Source of the DNA: Haliotis rubra
Lineage: Eukaryota
Length of the DNA: 64,000 bases
Direction of reading: 5' to 3'
Assembly: GCF_003918875.1 (NCBI RefSeq)
Contig: NW_025767134.1
Coordinates: 806,001 to 870,000 of the forward strand
Position numbers and translations under genes: made by a program. Below, piece by piece: positions 48,308-60,800 of this stretch. A model generated the notes under the pieces. It did no database searches. It was not told the DNA's origin and saw only the letters and a program-made list of their open reading frames with translations. Within the stretch, counting starts at the first letter, position 1; each line of letters begins with the position of its first letter.

Positions 48308-51300
48308 TCATTTTCCCTGGACAGTTTCATCTGGAGTAATGTATTTGACAGTGATATTTGACAAGTCATTGTTTTGCTCTATGAATAGGATTGAACTGGT
48401 CTTTGTAGGGAGCCCCAGGGTGCTTGAAGATACTGGTCTGTCGTGTATATCACAGGAATGTGGTATATACTGATGAGTGGAACCTGATGCAACATCAGTA
48501 GTCATCAATACTGGCATTGATGGTGATCTGGCAAGGTCTTTTATTGGTGAGGATGCAATGTTGGAAACACCTGACATCTCTGACGTAACCAAAGAAGGTT
48601 CATTTCCGCTTGTCATGTGAGAATCCTTATGCGCAGACACAAATGATGACCGGAAGTCACGTGACGTCCCTTGTCCAAGTGACCAGGACCGTGGTTTGGG
48701 TGACTCTTGTCTTGGGTCGTGTTTAGGATGTAATGGAGGAAGAGGGGGTTGTACAGACAGCCTAGGTGGAGAAGGTCCAGGTAGACAAGAATCAGTGTCC
48801 AAGTCCTTGTCGTATATTTCCGAATACTTGTGCGACTGGTAGTCACTGTTGCGTGATTGTCTGGAGCCATTGCTGTCCCATCTTCCACCTCCGGTGTTTG
48901 ATGAGGAGACACACATCAGTCTACAAAACAAAATATACTTCCAATAATGCTTCGCTAAGCTGTAAAGTATACCAATGATTGTTAGTTTGTTACCATTGCA
49001 TTAACATTGTCATTGTATGACGATTGTCAGGTGACATATCTTTCAAAGATTTAGAAACATGCAACAAACTGAAGTTTAAAGAAATTGTTAATTTGTCATA
49101 GAACGCGCTTTAATGCCAGAGAATAACCAGTCTATATTATCTGTGGAAACAGATTCCACCACTGAGTCACCCAGTTTCAATCGGACTTTACTATTTCCTT
49201 CAGCTGGGTACAAAGTGCGCTGTGTACTTGTGGGTGTCATTGGGTGAAGCAATCACATAACCTAATTCTTCGCATTCAAATAAACCAGTGTATTGTGGTA
49301 AGAGAGGAAAATGGAAAATTGTGTTTCAAACTTATAGGTTCTGTAAATTGTTCCGATCATTGTACAGTCTCTGTTCATCACCTACCGGTTTCTCTTGTGT
49401 GCCCAGAAGCCCAGTACCAGTAGCAGTAATGTGGAGGCTCCAGCTATTGTTCCCATGACAATCACCAAAGTGTGGTCAGCGTTCCCTGCAACAACAGTCA
49501 TAATTCAACAGTTTGTTACTGGGTCTCATAGGACATTCTTTGACTCAGTGCTCATCCCATGTACATTTTCAAAGATTAAAATCATTTATATTTTTCTCAA
49601 ACTGCTTTAAATTGAATAAATCACTGTAGGCAGAGAATACATATACATATATCTACACGGGTCAATACAAACTTTAAACACTTCATGACGAGCCTTGGTG
49701 TGTTAGACATGAAAATACTCTAGGGTGAAATTATATTTAATTTCCAAATTAATTCCTCACTTCAGTTCCGTTTGTAAACAGTAACAACACGTATCCCGAA
49801 TGTGCAAAGTACAATTCACCATCGCCATTGGCATATAGACAAGTGATGTCATGGCAACCGATGACGTCGCAGTAGTCTACAAGGCATTTTCATGCACACT
49901 AACTCGGAAGTTATCTCCTTGATAAATAAATCATCCCGTTATACGGAAACAAATAACGTTACATTTACAAAAGGTATATTTACAAGTTTGAATGATCAGT
50001 TTCGATATCGAGCTTTACCATGACTATGACTCACGCTTTTGACAAGGTGACGTGTTGCATGTCTGTCCTGCGCAGGGCGAACATATCTCATCGCAGTACT
50101 TCCGGCTGAAGTTGGTGGCACACTCGATACACAGCCCTGTCTCTCTGTGACAACCATGGCAGTTGACGGGGCAAGGGGTGGCACAATAGTCTCCATGAAA
50201 ATTAGAATTTGAGCAAAGACCGATGCATTGCCCCGAATATCGATCACATACCTTACAGTTTTGATTGCATGATTCATTACAAGACCTACCCCACATCCTT
50301 GGAACGCATTGCATGCACTTCCCTGTTTGTTTGTGACACGTGTCACACTTGGGTGGGCACGAGATGCTGCACATGGCTCCATGATAGTTCTGATTTATGC
50401 ATGGACCGGTACACTGAGACCTACCGATGTCGAAGCTTCTGCAGTTCGGGAGACATGTCTTTTTACACGAAGTACTATCACAATTAGTCATATTCTCGTC
50501 ACACAATCCCAGACAGTACCGTTCAGTACATTTCAGGCAGCCTTCGCCATACTGATCGCAACGTTCACAGTTATCAGGGCAGGAATGATTGCAATATCTA
50601 CCTCTATACCCAGCTTCACAACCATTACAGTATCCTTTGATTGTTGTACATCCATCCTTTAAATTACAGTGAGAGGGACATAGTTTGCTACAATTTGGAC
50701 CGTAATACCGGGCATTGCGACACAACCCTGTACAACTATCACCATAACGTTCACACTGTTTACAGGCTGTTGGGCAGTTCAATCCGCAGTCGCCTCCCCT
50801 TCTACCAGCCACACATCCCTCTGTACACACAACACGGGTGTTGTTCATCTGACAGCGAGAGTTGAGACAGGTGTCTGGACACTCTAAATCGCAGTGTGTT
50901 CCATAGAACCGGGAGTCGACACAGGTCCCGTTGTTGTCACAGTTGGGGCAGACTGTGCTGGTATAAACAACTGTGGATAGTAGAGAGATGTTTGTTGGAT
51001 AGACACACATATACTACCCATCAAAAGTTTAGACTAGTGTAAATGTAGCCACTTACTTCAGTCAACTGTTCCAAACCTAATTTTCAAAATATTCCATTCA
51101 GGTTAAAGGTACTGTTTACACATGAACAAATGAATTGTAAAAACAAATTCGTGACGTTGAAAAAATTATTGTCATGAGTTCAGTAAATGATGAAAATCAG
51201 TGAAAATTGGTGAATGCTTAACAACACTTTTCACCAAAATGCAGCTGTTCACATGAACGATATTTGCATATGCTTGTTAGCAATTTGATGCATGATCCTC

Positions 51301-52453
51301 GTACAGTTCATCTGCATAAAGTTTGCAGTTGGTTCCCCAAAGTTAGTGAAGAAATTCATCTTCGATGTAACCATATATATATACATAACATATAGTGAGT
51401 GCGTTAGGTGAGTCTAAACTTTTGATGGGTAGTATATAAGGAGTAATTGCATTCATACTGGTGGAAAATGGACGTGAATGTTATTGTTAAAGTCCCAATT
51501 AAACAGCTGCAAACAAGATACTAGTATGTATGTTTAAGCCTTTAACAACTATGTAATGAAACCATTCCAGTCTGGGTAGGACAGACCATTGACTGATATT
51601 ATGAGCCATACCGTGGATGACACTTCATCATTCACGCAACGTATGGGTACCAAGACACGCCATCTTTCACACAACCTGACATCCATACCGTATGGGTACC
51701 AAGAGACGCCATCTTTCACACAACCTGACATCCATACCGTATAGAATCCAAGACACGCCCTTTACCGTATACCGACGGGTCCAAGACACGCCATCTTTCA
51801 CACAACCTGACATCCATACCGTATGGGTACCAAGACACGCCATCTTTCACACAACCTGACATCCATACCGTATGGGTACCAAGACACGCCATCTTTCACA
51901 CAACCTGACATCCATACCGTATGGGTACCAAGACACGCCATCTTTCACACAACCTGACATCAATACCGTATGGATTCACGCCATCTTTCACACAACCTGT
52001 ATATGGTACCAAGACACGCCATCTTTCACACAACGTGACATCCATACCGTATGGGTACCAAGAGAAGCCATCTTTCACACAACCTGACATCCATACCGTA
52101 TGGATTCCAAAACAAGCCATCTTTCACACAACCTGACATCCATACCGTATGGTGCCAATACACGCTATCATTCACACAACCTGACATCCATCCATACCGT
52201 ATCGGTGCCAATACACGCCATCATTAACACAACCTGACATCCATCCATACCGTATCGGTGCCAATACACGCTATCATTCACACAACCTGACAACCACCCA
52301 ATGATGCCATTGCCGTTTTCTGGTACGACAAGTATAGGTTGTTCGGGACCTACTCCATCCATTGATTTCTATGTCACATTTACAGAGAGACGTTAAGGAA
52401 TAATTACCTGTTGACATACAGTGTGAAAGGAGAATCACCGCGAGAGACAACAT
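48308..52453 (-). CDS. Multi-EGF single-pass receptor gene D, intact, 564 aa; exons 52453-52408, 50970-50035, 49485-49386, 48920-48308
   Basis: Signal MLSLAVILLSHCMST, 312-codon Cys-rich exon, TM LVIVMGTIAGASTLLLLVLGFWA, tail with HKYSEI and SSILFIEQNNDLSNITVKYI; 1695 nt open after splicing. Confidence 0.9.
51012..51434. mobile_element. Tc1/mariner-type MITE in gene D intron
   Basis: 24-bp perfect TIR TACTACCCATCAAAAGTTTAGACT, TA flanks. Confidence 0.9.
51606..52291. repeat. ~49-bp minisatellite, about 13 units, in gene D intron
   Basis: Unit ATCCATACCGTATGGGTACCAAGACACGCCATCTTTCACACAACCTGAC. Confidence 0.95.
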
Positions 52454-54379
52454 CTTTTCACTTGAAATACCTCTGCAAATAGATTAAGTCATTGTCAGTG
52501 CTTTATCTTATTCCATAGCGCTTACAGGTCTGCGACTAAGATATGCAATGATGATATGCTATTTCAGTTATTTCCCGCACAACATTACTATAATACCTAG
52601 GTTGCTAAACACAAGTGAGTACGTACGCAATAACACAGAATGAACAAAGTATTTAATTTTAACTTTGGATCAGACCTTGACATATCTAACTCTCTTTCCA
52701 TGGTTTGTTTGTTATCTTTAAGTTGACGGTTATATATGCATAGGAGAAATTGTATAACACCAGTAAAGACCATACACATGTCACGTGTTTCTTAATACTT
52801 TAAGGAAATTGCTTCTGAGCAGGACAACTGCCAACATCTGTTTCCTTTCATAAATATCTTCCTGGACTATATGTGTTTGTTTCTAGATCTGCAAATCTGC
52901 ATAGGTACGCGTGTGCTTGCTTCGGTGACATCTCACCACAGGAATATGGCCAAGAAGGATTGCCCAATAACCAAGCATTTCCAATGATGTTGCCACCTGA
53001 ACAAGAAATATAGGAGACTAGTGTGTTTCATGAAGGTTCAGAGTGTAATAAACTATAAACACGACTGTATGACAAGACGGGCAATCAGCTACAAAACAAT
53101 CAGCTTTCCCTCAATATTTAGCAATATTGTAGTAGCTCAAATCGAAGGATACAACTGCTGAGGTACAATCGAAAAATTCAAAGAGCGCCCCACTACTCTA
53201 AATACAAAATATATTTGATCAAGGTTACAGCTATTACGGCCTGAAAAAGCTTTTATGCTAAAAATGTCAAAATGTTTCCACAATTTGAAACCTCAACGAC
53301 AAATATGACATCTAAAGCAAATGCTCTATTTTGTTCTATTTTGACTACCATATATTACCGTGTTTGTTCAGGTGAAGGCGAGACATGCATTTGCATATTT
53401 GTGTTATAGGTTCTACCGGTGCCTGCCACACCATAGGTGTGACAGGCAGACCTCAGTTAACGATGTGTGTGGCTGGCAGACCTCAGCTAACCGTGTGTCC
53501 CAAAATGTATGTGTAACTGTGAAAGATTTCACCTAACTATTGGTTTCTATAGAGGGCCTAAAGAGATACATCTGTGACAGAATTCTCTGTCTGTGAAGAA
53601 CGTGTATTGAAGGCGTCCATTCTGTTGACTGAGAGTGAATGTGACAGTGAGTTTACAGATGCGAAATCAAACTATCTTTAAACATACATCACGTGTACAG
53701 TCATGCTCGAGACTAGATTTGACCCAGGTCTTCACTATGAAATTAGTTTGTCGAAAATGTGTATTTAACTTCATCTATAAAGTTTGTCCTTATCTAATGC
53801 ATATTTAGCCATCGCCACGACCCGGCAAATTATCTGGTAATCCATTGACATCATGACATTACAACAAAACATTTAGACTGGACATGAGTAACACGAGGAG
53901 ATAACTATACGTCAAAGAAGGTGTACATAACGAATAGTATATACAAGCACACAATATATGTTTCCAAAGGAACAAATGTTGAAGACATTGTGAATGTATT
54001 ACCTTAGGCAGACCATACAATGATGCAGCGTCCATGTATGTTGATACAGATTCTATTTCCTCCACGTCGTCACCCAGGTCACATCGTTTGGCGGCGTGGT
54101 CAACATTTGTCCTCTGAACCTGTAACCGGAAGATAACTCCATTCCACCACACGTACATTTTACTCCTAACTGTAACGTTAACCCATGAGGAGGAAAATAT
54201 ATACTCAAATTAAATATGTAGACTCACAATGATTACTATGGTAGACCATACAGCGTATGGGACAGGAAGGTTCTTGAAATAGATTTGGCATGTTACGTTA
54301 AACGTGCAAGAAATTTTCCCCAGAAAGTACACCATGTATTCTCCCCATGTCGTAAAGGGAACATGTAACAACCAATGAC

Positions 54380-54617
54380 GTCAAGAAGAACCGGGTTTGA
54401 AATGATATTTATCAACCAATGCTTGTTGTAAGAGGTGTCTACCGGGTAAGCGGATGGTAAGCCTCGCTGCTTTGACTAATATTACGTATGTCACTGAATC
54501 CCATTCGCTTAGACCGATGCTCTTGATGTCAGTCCCTGGTTTGCCCAGACTTGGTTATTTGCAGGCCACCGTTATAACAACAGCTGGAATATTCCGGCGT
54601 GCAGCGTTAAACAACAT
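54380..54617 (+). mobile_element. Diverged near full-length copy of the non-tRNA short retroelement
   Basis: GAAGAACCGGGTT...ATGCTTGTTGTAAGAGG...CAGCTGGAATATTCC..GCGTTAAACAAC. Confidence 0.65.
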
Positions 54618-54939
54618 ATAATCAATACATGTCTGAGATTCGCCTCCCCATTGGCCTGAAAGCAAGGGGCAAGTGTATTCCCATGTAACACACACACCTG
54701 CTGTGACCAGCTGTAGCAAATATGAACCGTCATCACGGTTCAGTATATCCTAATAACAAGCTAATTTCAAAATGTGCTTCACTGAGGTTGTGTGTGGATT
54801 GCCAATAGTAAAAGCTTAGATCGTTACTTTCATTGTGATGTCATTCGACTTAAGATAGTATAGCATCGATATCTTATATTCGCGAGATATACCTGGTATA
54901 CAGTATGAACGATACTGAAGGATGAATGAGTTGTATGTA

Positions 54940-55075
54940 TACTCATGCCAATAATGGTTGTCACTCCCCCTCTCCACCCCAACCCCACACACACCTCACA
55001 CCTCACACCCCCACCCCACACACCCTCTCCAATTAAAAAAATTGAAGGGGGTGACAACCATTATTGGCATGAGTA
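54940..55075. mobile_element. 136-bp Tc1/mariner-type MITE
   Basis: 25-bp perfect TIR TACTCATGCCAATAATGGTTGTCAC, TA flanks, C/A-rich filler. Confidence 0.85.
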
Positions 55076-56824
55076 TATATGGGTAGATTTGAGGTATTTG
55101 AAGTCCATCGTCCATGAGTGAAAATCAGTATTATTTATCTATAGTCTTATACGACACTGTGTTTGTTTTTTTGTATCAAATGTGTTCTGTCGCTTACCAC
55201 AGAAGACATGAGAATAAGTCTGACATTTATTATACCTGATGTTAAGCACAAACGTGCTTCATGTCCGTACCTATTGAATAAAAACAGTGAGAAACGGTTC
55301 CTCCATAAAGATTATTATGTCATTATATAAAAAGGGTGAAGAACATTTGATGACAACGTCGCTACTTATAATTGGAAAGGATCAATATATGTTATCTGTA
55401 TATGCACAAGGTAGTGGGTGGGGGTGTTAGAGCGATGGTGTGTGTGCGTATGTGTGTGTGTGTGAACTGGCGTTGGTACGTGTGTATTACTTACTCAACT
55501 GGAGAATGTTTATTACCCTTCGTAGACGTAATGTTATTAGTCATTTGTTTTTTTTGTTTTTCCATAACTATTGTCTCTATAATTTGTATCAAATATGATC
55601 ACCACGAACTGGCCTAAAGTGAATATTTCAAATATTTCTAACATGTTTCTAGCTGGTCACGTTAAAATAACAAATATACATGTTCTTCATTGTCCCATTC
55701 AAAGTCAATACACCTTCATGTAAAGGCATCCTAAAAGAAGAACCTTTCAGGACTGTGTAACTCGATTTAGGACCTCCACGCATAGAGGCCTGTGTATCAG
55801 CCTACCATCTTCTGTGTGTATGTTGATATTCTGATATAGGCCACATTGTCTGTGTTGTACGGTCAGAGGTCATACCGGGGAATGAAACCAGAATTTACCT
55901 TCCTGTTGGCTAATAACTGTAAAATCCGAACACACAGGCGTATGAATGATATGTATTTTTATCCAAAACGCTGAGTTGCAATATGGAGTGTCATCACGTG
56001 TATCGCTGATGAGTTTGATTTTGAGTCATAGAAATATGTACACTTTCAACAACTTTGACTGTAAAACAAATGTCCGTTTACCTTATTCCTGTCCCTGACC
56101 TAAACGATTAAACCAAATAATTAACGAATATGTGTGATGATTTGTTTATTGACACAGCATTGGCATGAAATATAATGTCGAATATTATCAAATCAACAAA
56201 TGAAATCTATTTTACATTTTTTTAAATATTTTGATGCAGGAAGTGAATAAAAAGACATACATGCTCCAATGAAAGGAAGTGTTTGTCACGGACAATATGC
56301 CCGCAACTGAAACCATATAAACTACCTTTCATGTCAAGATATTCTAGCTTGCAAGATTGAAATACAATACTAATACAATAGTCTGAGTAGCTGGATGATG
56401 AATTAGAGATTGTATATAGTACATACTCACTCTAATTTGCATATAAACATTAACCACTGCACCACAAATTCGAGTGTGGCAAGCTCCGCCTCGGGGTATA
56501 AATGAGACTGGTTATTCTCCGGCGTTTTATTTTCATACGGAGTTGGTCGGTGTTTCTGTTGGTGGAGGGATGTTCATCCTAAACTCAGAAACATTTATCA
56601 GTTACACTGAGTCAACTACGATAGAGATGTTTCGACCGAGATATACAGTCCAATATATTTCTCAAACGTTTCCAAACAGTCAGGTGCGTCTCTGCACTTT
56701 TACACAAGGCAGACCTCATTCAAAATCAAAATATGCAAGTGAAGTTAGGGCCATCGCTTGATTGTTTGACTGGGGCTCGATTGCATACTGCTGTGTGTCC
56801 TTACGCAACAAAAGAACTACAGAT

Positions 56825-57069
56825 ACATGAGTGGTCGGTTATATCGGTATTGCAGGACATGCCTACGGTTTTCGCGATCACTTCGTGTCATCACTGATCT
56901 CCAAATGTGTGTCATTTTCACCGATCTTTTGCGTTTTACACCCAAAACGGCGGATGACGAGACTGTTTATCCTCTGACGTGGACGTGTTTACACATGTAC
57001 AACCCACAGTGGTCGGTTCCATATCCCCTTCCAGACGGACATGGCTTCACGTGTCTTGTTCAGGGTGAC
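56825..57069 (-). pseudogene. Possible decayed EGF-exon relic
   Basis: Broken frames give KPCPSGRGYGTDHCGLYMCKH and FGCKTQKIGEN (cf. EGCVAGKKGDN). Confidence 0.35.
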
Positions 57070-57426
57070 TAGAATGTAAAGTTAGCTAAGCATAATATTT
57101 GTACAGTGGCACACCATGGAAATGGCGCAAATTCCGCATTAGAAGGAAATGCATTTCCATGACTGGCATTCCTTTCACAATCAAATTACATATAGATGAC
57201 CAGAACTGTCACACTTTAAGTTGGCATATGTTTGCCTGTCGTAGTCATGTATCCTCAGAGAGAGATGGCACTAATGCATTCTGTCAAGGGTAGTCCGGTA
57301 CATTACAACAGTTGACCAGGAATTTACAAGAAATACTCCAGTTAAATCTATTCTTATATCAACATGTGAGATTGTAATGAAAACATATACAAATGTACAA
57401 TATCATGTGTACTGAGTATTTGCATG

Positions 57427-57625
57427 ACTGTCTGTCTGTTTGTTGTTTAACGCCGCACTCAGCAATATTCCATATATATGACGGCGGTCTGTAAGTAATC
57501 TAGTCTGGACCTGATAATCCAGTGATCAACCTCGTGAGCATCAATCTACGCAATTGGGAGTCTGACCAACCGATCCCGTTAGTCGCCTCTTGCGCCTCTT
57601 ACCACATTCACGGATCTTCACGGTC
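57427..57625 (-). mobile_element. Copy of the non-tRNA short retroelement
   Basis: Reverse complement starts GACCGTGAAGATCC, contains AGAGGCGACTAACGGGATCGG, ends GGAATATTGCTGAGTGCGGCGTTAAACAAC. Confidence 0.8.
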
Positions 57626-57881
57626 AGTATTTGCATGAGTATGTTAATGTCCGATATCAGGAAATTGAAAATATATTTACGAGGTGAACTTTTAATAAAA
57701 GTTGTGAATAAAACTTGAGCAGATTTTATCATTACTCCATCATTATAAATATAATCTATGAAACGGAAGTGGGGTATTCGGTTTGTTGAATTGTTTTTAC
57801 CCAAAATGGGGGCGGATTTGTCAAACATACTTCCAGTATTACTGTAACGTACAAGTTTAAAATCTGCATGCATTATGTGTG

Positions 57882-60800
57882 TCACATTTCATAAGAAGCA
57901 CTATCTCTGTCAACTTTTTTCGCTGTCAAATATCGGACATTCACGTTTGACAAATCACAGTTCTCTTCAATGAAAATGATCGAATCGGTTCTTTCGGTCA
58001 TCCTTTGGATTTCATCTGAAAACGCGATCCCAGTGTCACTCTGGACAGATTGGCGCTGAGAATCTCTCTCATTCTCAGAAAGGGCTGATGCAGCTAACAG
58101 TGTCAACAAAGACTCTCCTGCATCACCATTTCCTTCTGCAGAATCTATCAGCTCAGAGTCGCTCCCTGCAGGTTCGCCTTGCCCAGGCGTTGGTGGAAGG
58201 GTGTGAGACAACGCAACTGGACCTTGACCATCGGATGGTGCGCTGCCTGCAGTTCTTACTCGGGGTCTGTCTGTAGGAGGTAATGCAGGTCTCACAGACT
58301 CTTCAACATGGTCAGACTGCCCGGCAACCAAGTTGACATCAATCTCCCAGTATCTGTGCGCAATGTTATCGCTGTGGTTCCTGCTGGAGCCATCAGAACA
58401 GTGTACTCGAGTCAAGCGTCTGCAAAGTTGTCATCACGTGTATTAATTAGACTGTATCTCTTCACATTATTACATTGTGTATACTAAGATGAATATAACA
58501 CAAAATAGGTTTATCACATCAGTTATCAAGACAAATGCACTGATATGATTAATGTCAATCTAATACAATATTCATGTCAAGCTTATTGCCTAGACTGATG
58601 CCAAATTGTCCTCTATATTCCTGTCCTGATACCAACTTATCCACGTCCTCCCATATATTCGACAAAAGGAAATATTATAAACAACTCGTTTTTAGCTCAG
58701 GTAGCTCAGCTTCACATGTTTTTACTCAGTCACTCTACAAGAGCATCTCATTATATTCGCCTCTTACTTCTGTCAGCAGTAATTAGTCTTTTCCACAAAT
58801 AATCAATAATTCTGATTAACACGAAGTTACTTATGTATAATGTATGTTCTAAAACTGATACCTACCTCTTGAATATGAGAAGCAATATAACACAGCATAG
58901 AACCCCTGCTACTGATCCAATGGAAATTACTAAGATGTGATCAGACGAACCTGCAAATGGAAGGGCAGTTCGGTAAACCATGACACGGACATTTATAAGG
59001 TGAGAAAGAAATTGAGTTATCGTCCAGCGTAATGTTATCGAACTTTTGTAGCGACACATATGCCTTAAGCAGGTTTTATAAAAGTGCTTGTCTACTACGA
59101 TAACACGCCAGATGTTAACATACTGGGCCAAAACATACTTTACTGATTCCGAGCCGGCCAGGGTGACGTACCAACTACCAGGGGATCGAACCACCTTCCA
59201 CTCTATCTACTACGACACAGAGTTGATCGCATACATATTGTGATTAAAACGTCACCAAACCAGGGTAATTAAACCATAATTCTGATCAAATTGTTCGTAA
59301 ATATATCATATATGTGTGTTGTTTTGAGTGATATTAGCTAATGTCAGGCAATAAAACTGTACTTTCAATCAAGAAGATCACAGAGCATTATACGTTACCA
59401 TTTCAACAATGAAAATATATCTGTCATTCTATTTGTGCCACTTAATTATATTAACTGGCTTCAACCCATAAAATCATTGTTCTATATCCTTGATATTTCA
59501 TTAATGTGAAGGTTTTCAGTTTGTCTATTTGTCAAGACTATCCACTAATAGGCTTTGTCGGTGTTCACTGTTATTGATTACCACACAAGCAGAAACGTCT
59601 TTACATCAAAAGTCTATTCCTGAGCTGGTACCCAGTAAAAGGCTGTCTAAGAATGGTCAAATGTATGAAACTTTCATTAATTGTTTTTCCGGATTATTAT
59701 GGGCTGCAATTGTTATGGATCGAGATGTAGGATATGGAGGAATTCACACAAGCGTCTTTATCGTGAAAATTTATAATTTAATAAACGTATCAACAAGGAA
59801 GACGGTACCTCTTTTCAACCAATTGGAATGAAGCATTCTTCAACCTCGAAAGAATGAATAATAACTGACGCGTTTTGTGTGAAAACGAGTTAATTAAACA
59901 TGTATTAATAGGGAAAAGCTCCCTCTTATTAAACAATCAATATCAAACTTTTTTTCAATGTCGTGCAAGAATGAATAATAACTCACGTGTTTTGCAAGGC
60001 AGTCTGTGGCAAGCGTCCCCAACACACGGAGAACACACCTCGTCACAGTAGGTTCTGCTGTAGCCTTGGACACAGCTCATACACAGTCCAGTGTCCTTGT
60101 CACAACCGTCACAGCTGACAGGGCAAGGAGTCGAGCAATTCCCTCCATGATAGTTAGGATCTCGGCAAGCTCCGATACACATGTCCACAAAACGATCACA
60201 GACCATACAGTTAGATGGGCATGACTCGTTACACAGTTCACCTCTCACACCTGGTACACAGTTGAGGCATCTCGCAGAGTCTTTCTCACATTTGGCACAG
60301 TTATCTGGACATGGAATGGTGCATATCTTTCCATAGTAGTTGGCGTTGATACAAGGTCCATTGCACTGGTTTTGTGTGAAGTCATTAATTATACAGTTTG
60401 CTCGGCATGTTGTTTTACAAGATGTACTGTTACAGTTATCTCCCTGCTCGTCACATCCACCCTTGCAGTACCCTTCAACACAGTGTATACACTCGCCTGT
60501 TTCCCTGTCACAGTCTCTACAGTTGGAGGGACAGGTAATGTTACAGTGCTTCCCTCTGTACCCCGGCTCACAACTGTCACACCCTTTATCACATACCCAA
60601 CTGTCACACTCCCCTGTGATCCCATTACATCCACCTTTACACAGCAGGTGTCACACACTCCCCTCCTGTGATCCTATCACATCCACCTCTACAGTTGGAG
60701 GGACAAGGTGTTCTACAGTGTTGACCGTAATGCTGGGGATTCTGACACGGTCCTGTACAACCATCACCATAACGTTCACACTGTGTACAGGCTGTAGGAC

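Noticed and set aside
51549-52362. 49-bp repeat array as CRISPR or as coding repeats
   Set aside because: Contiguous tandem units without unique spacers, unit not a multiple of 3, intronic, eukaryotic context, no cas genes.
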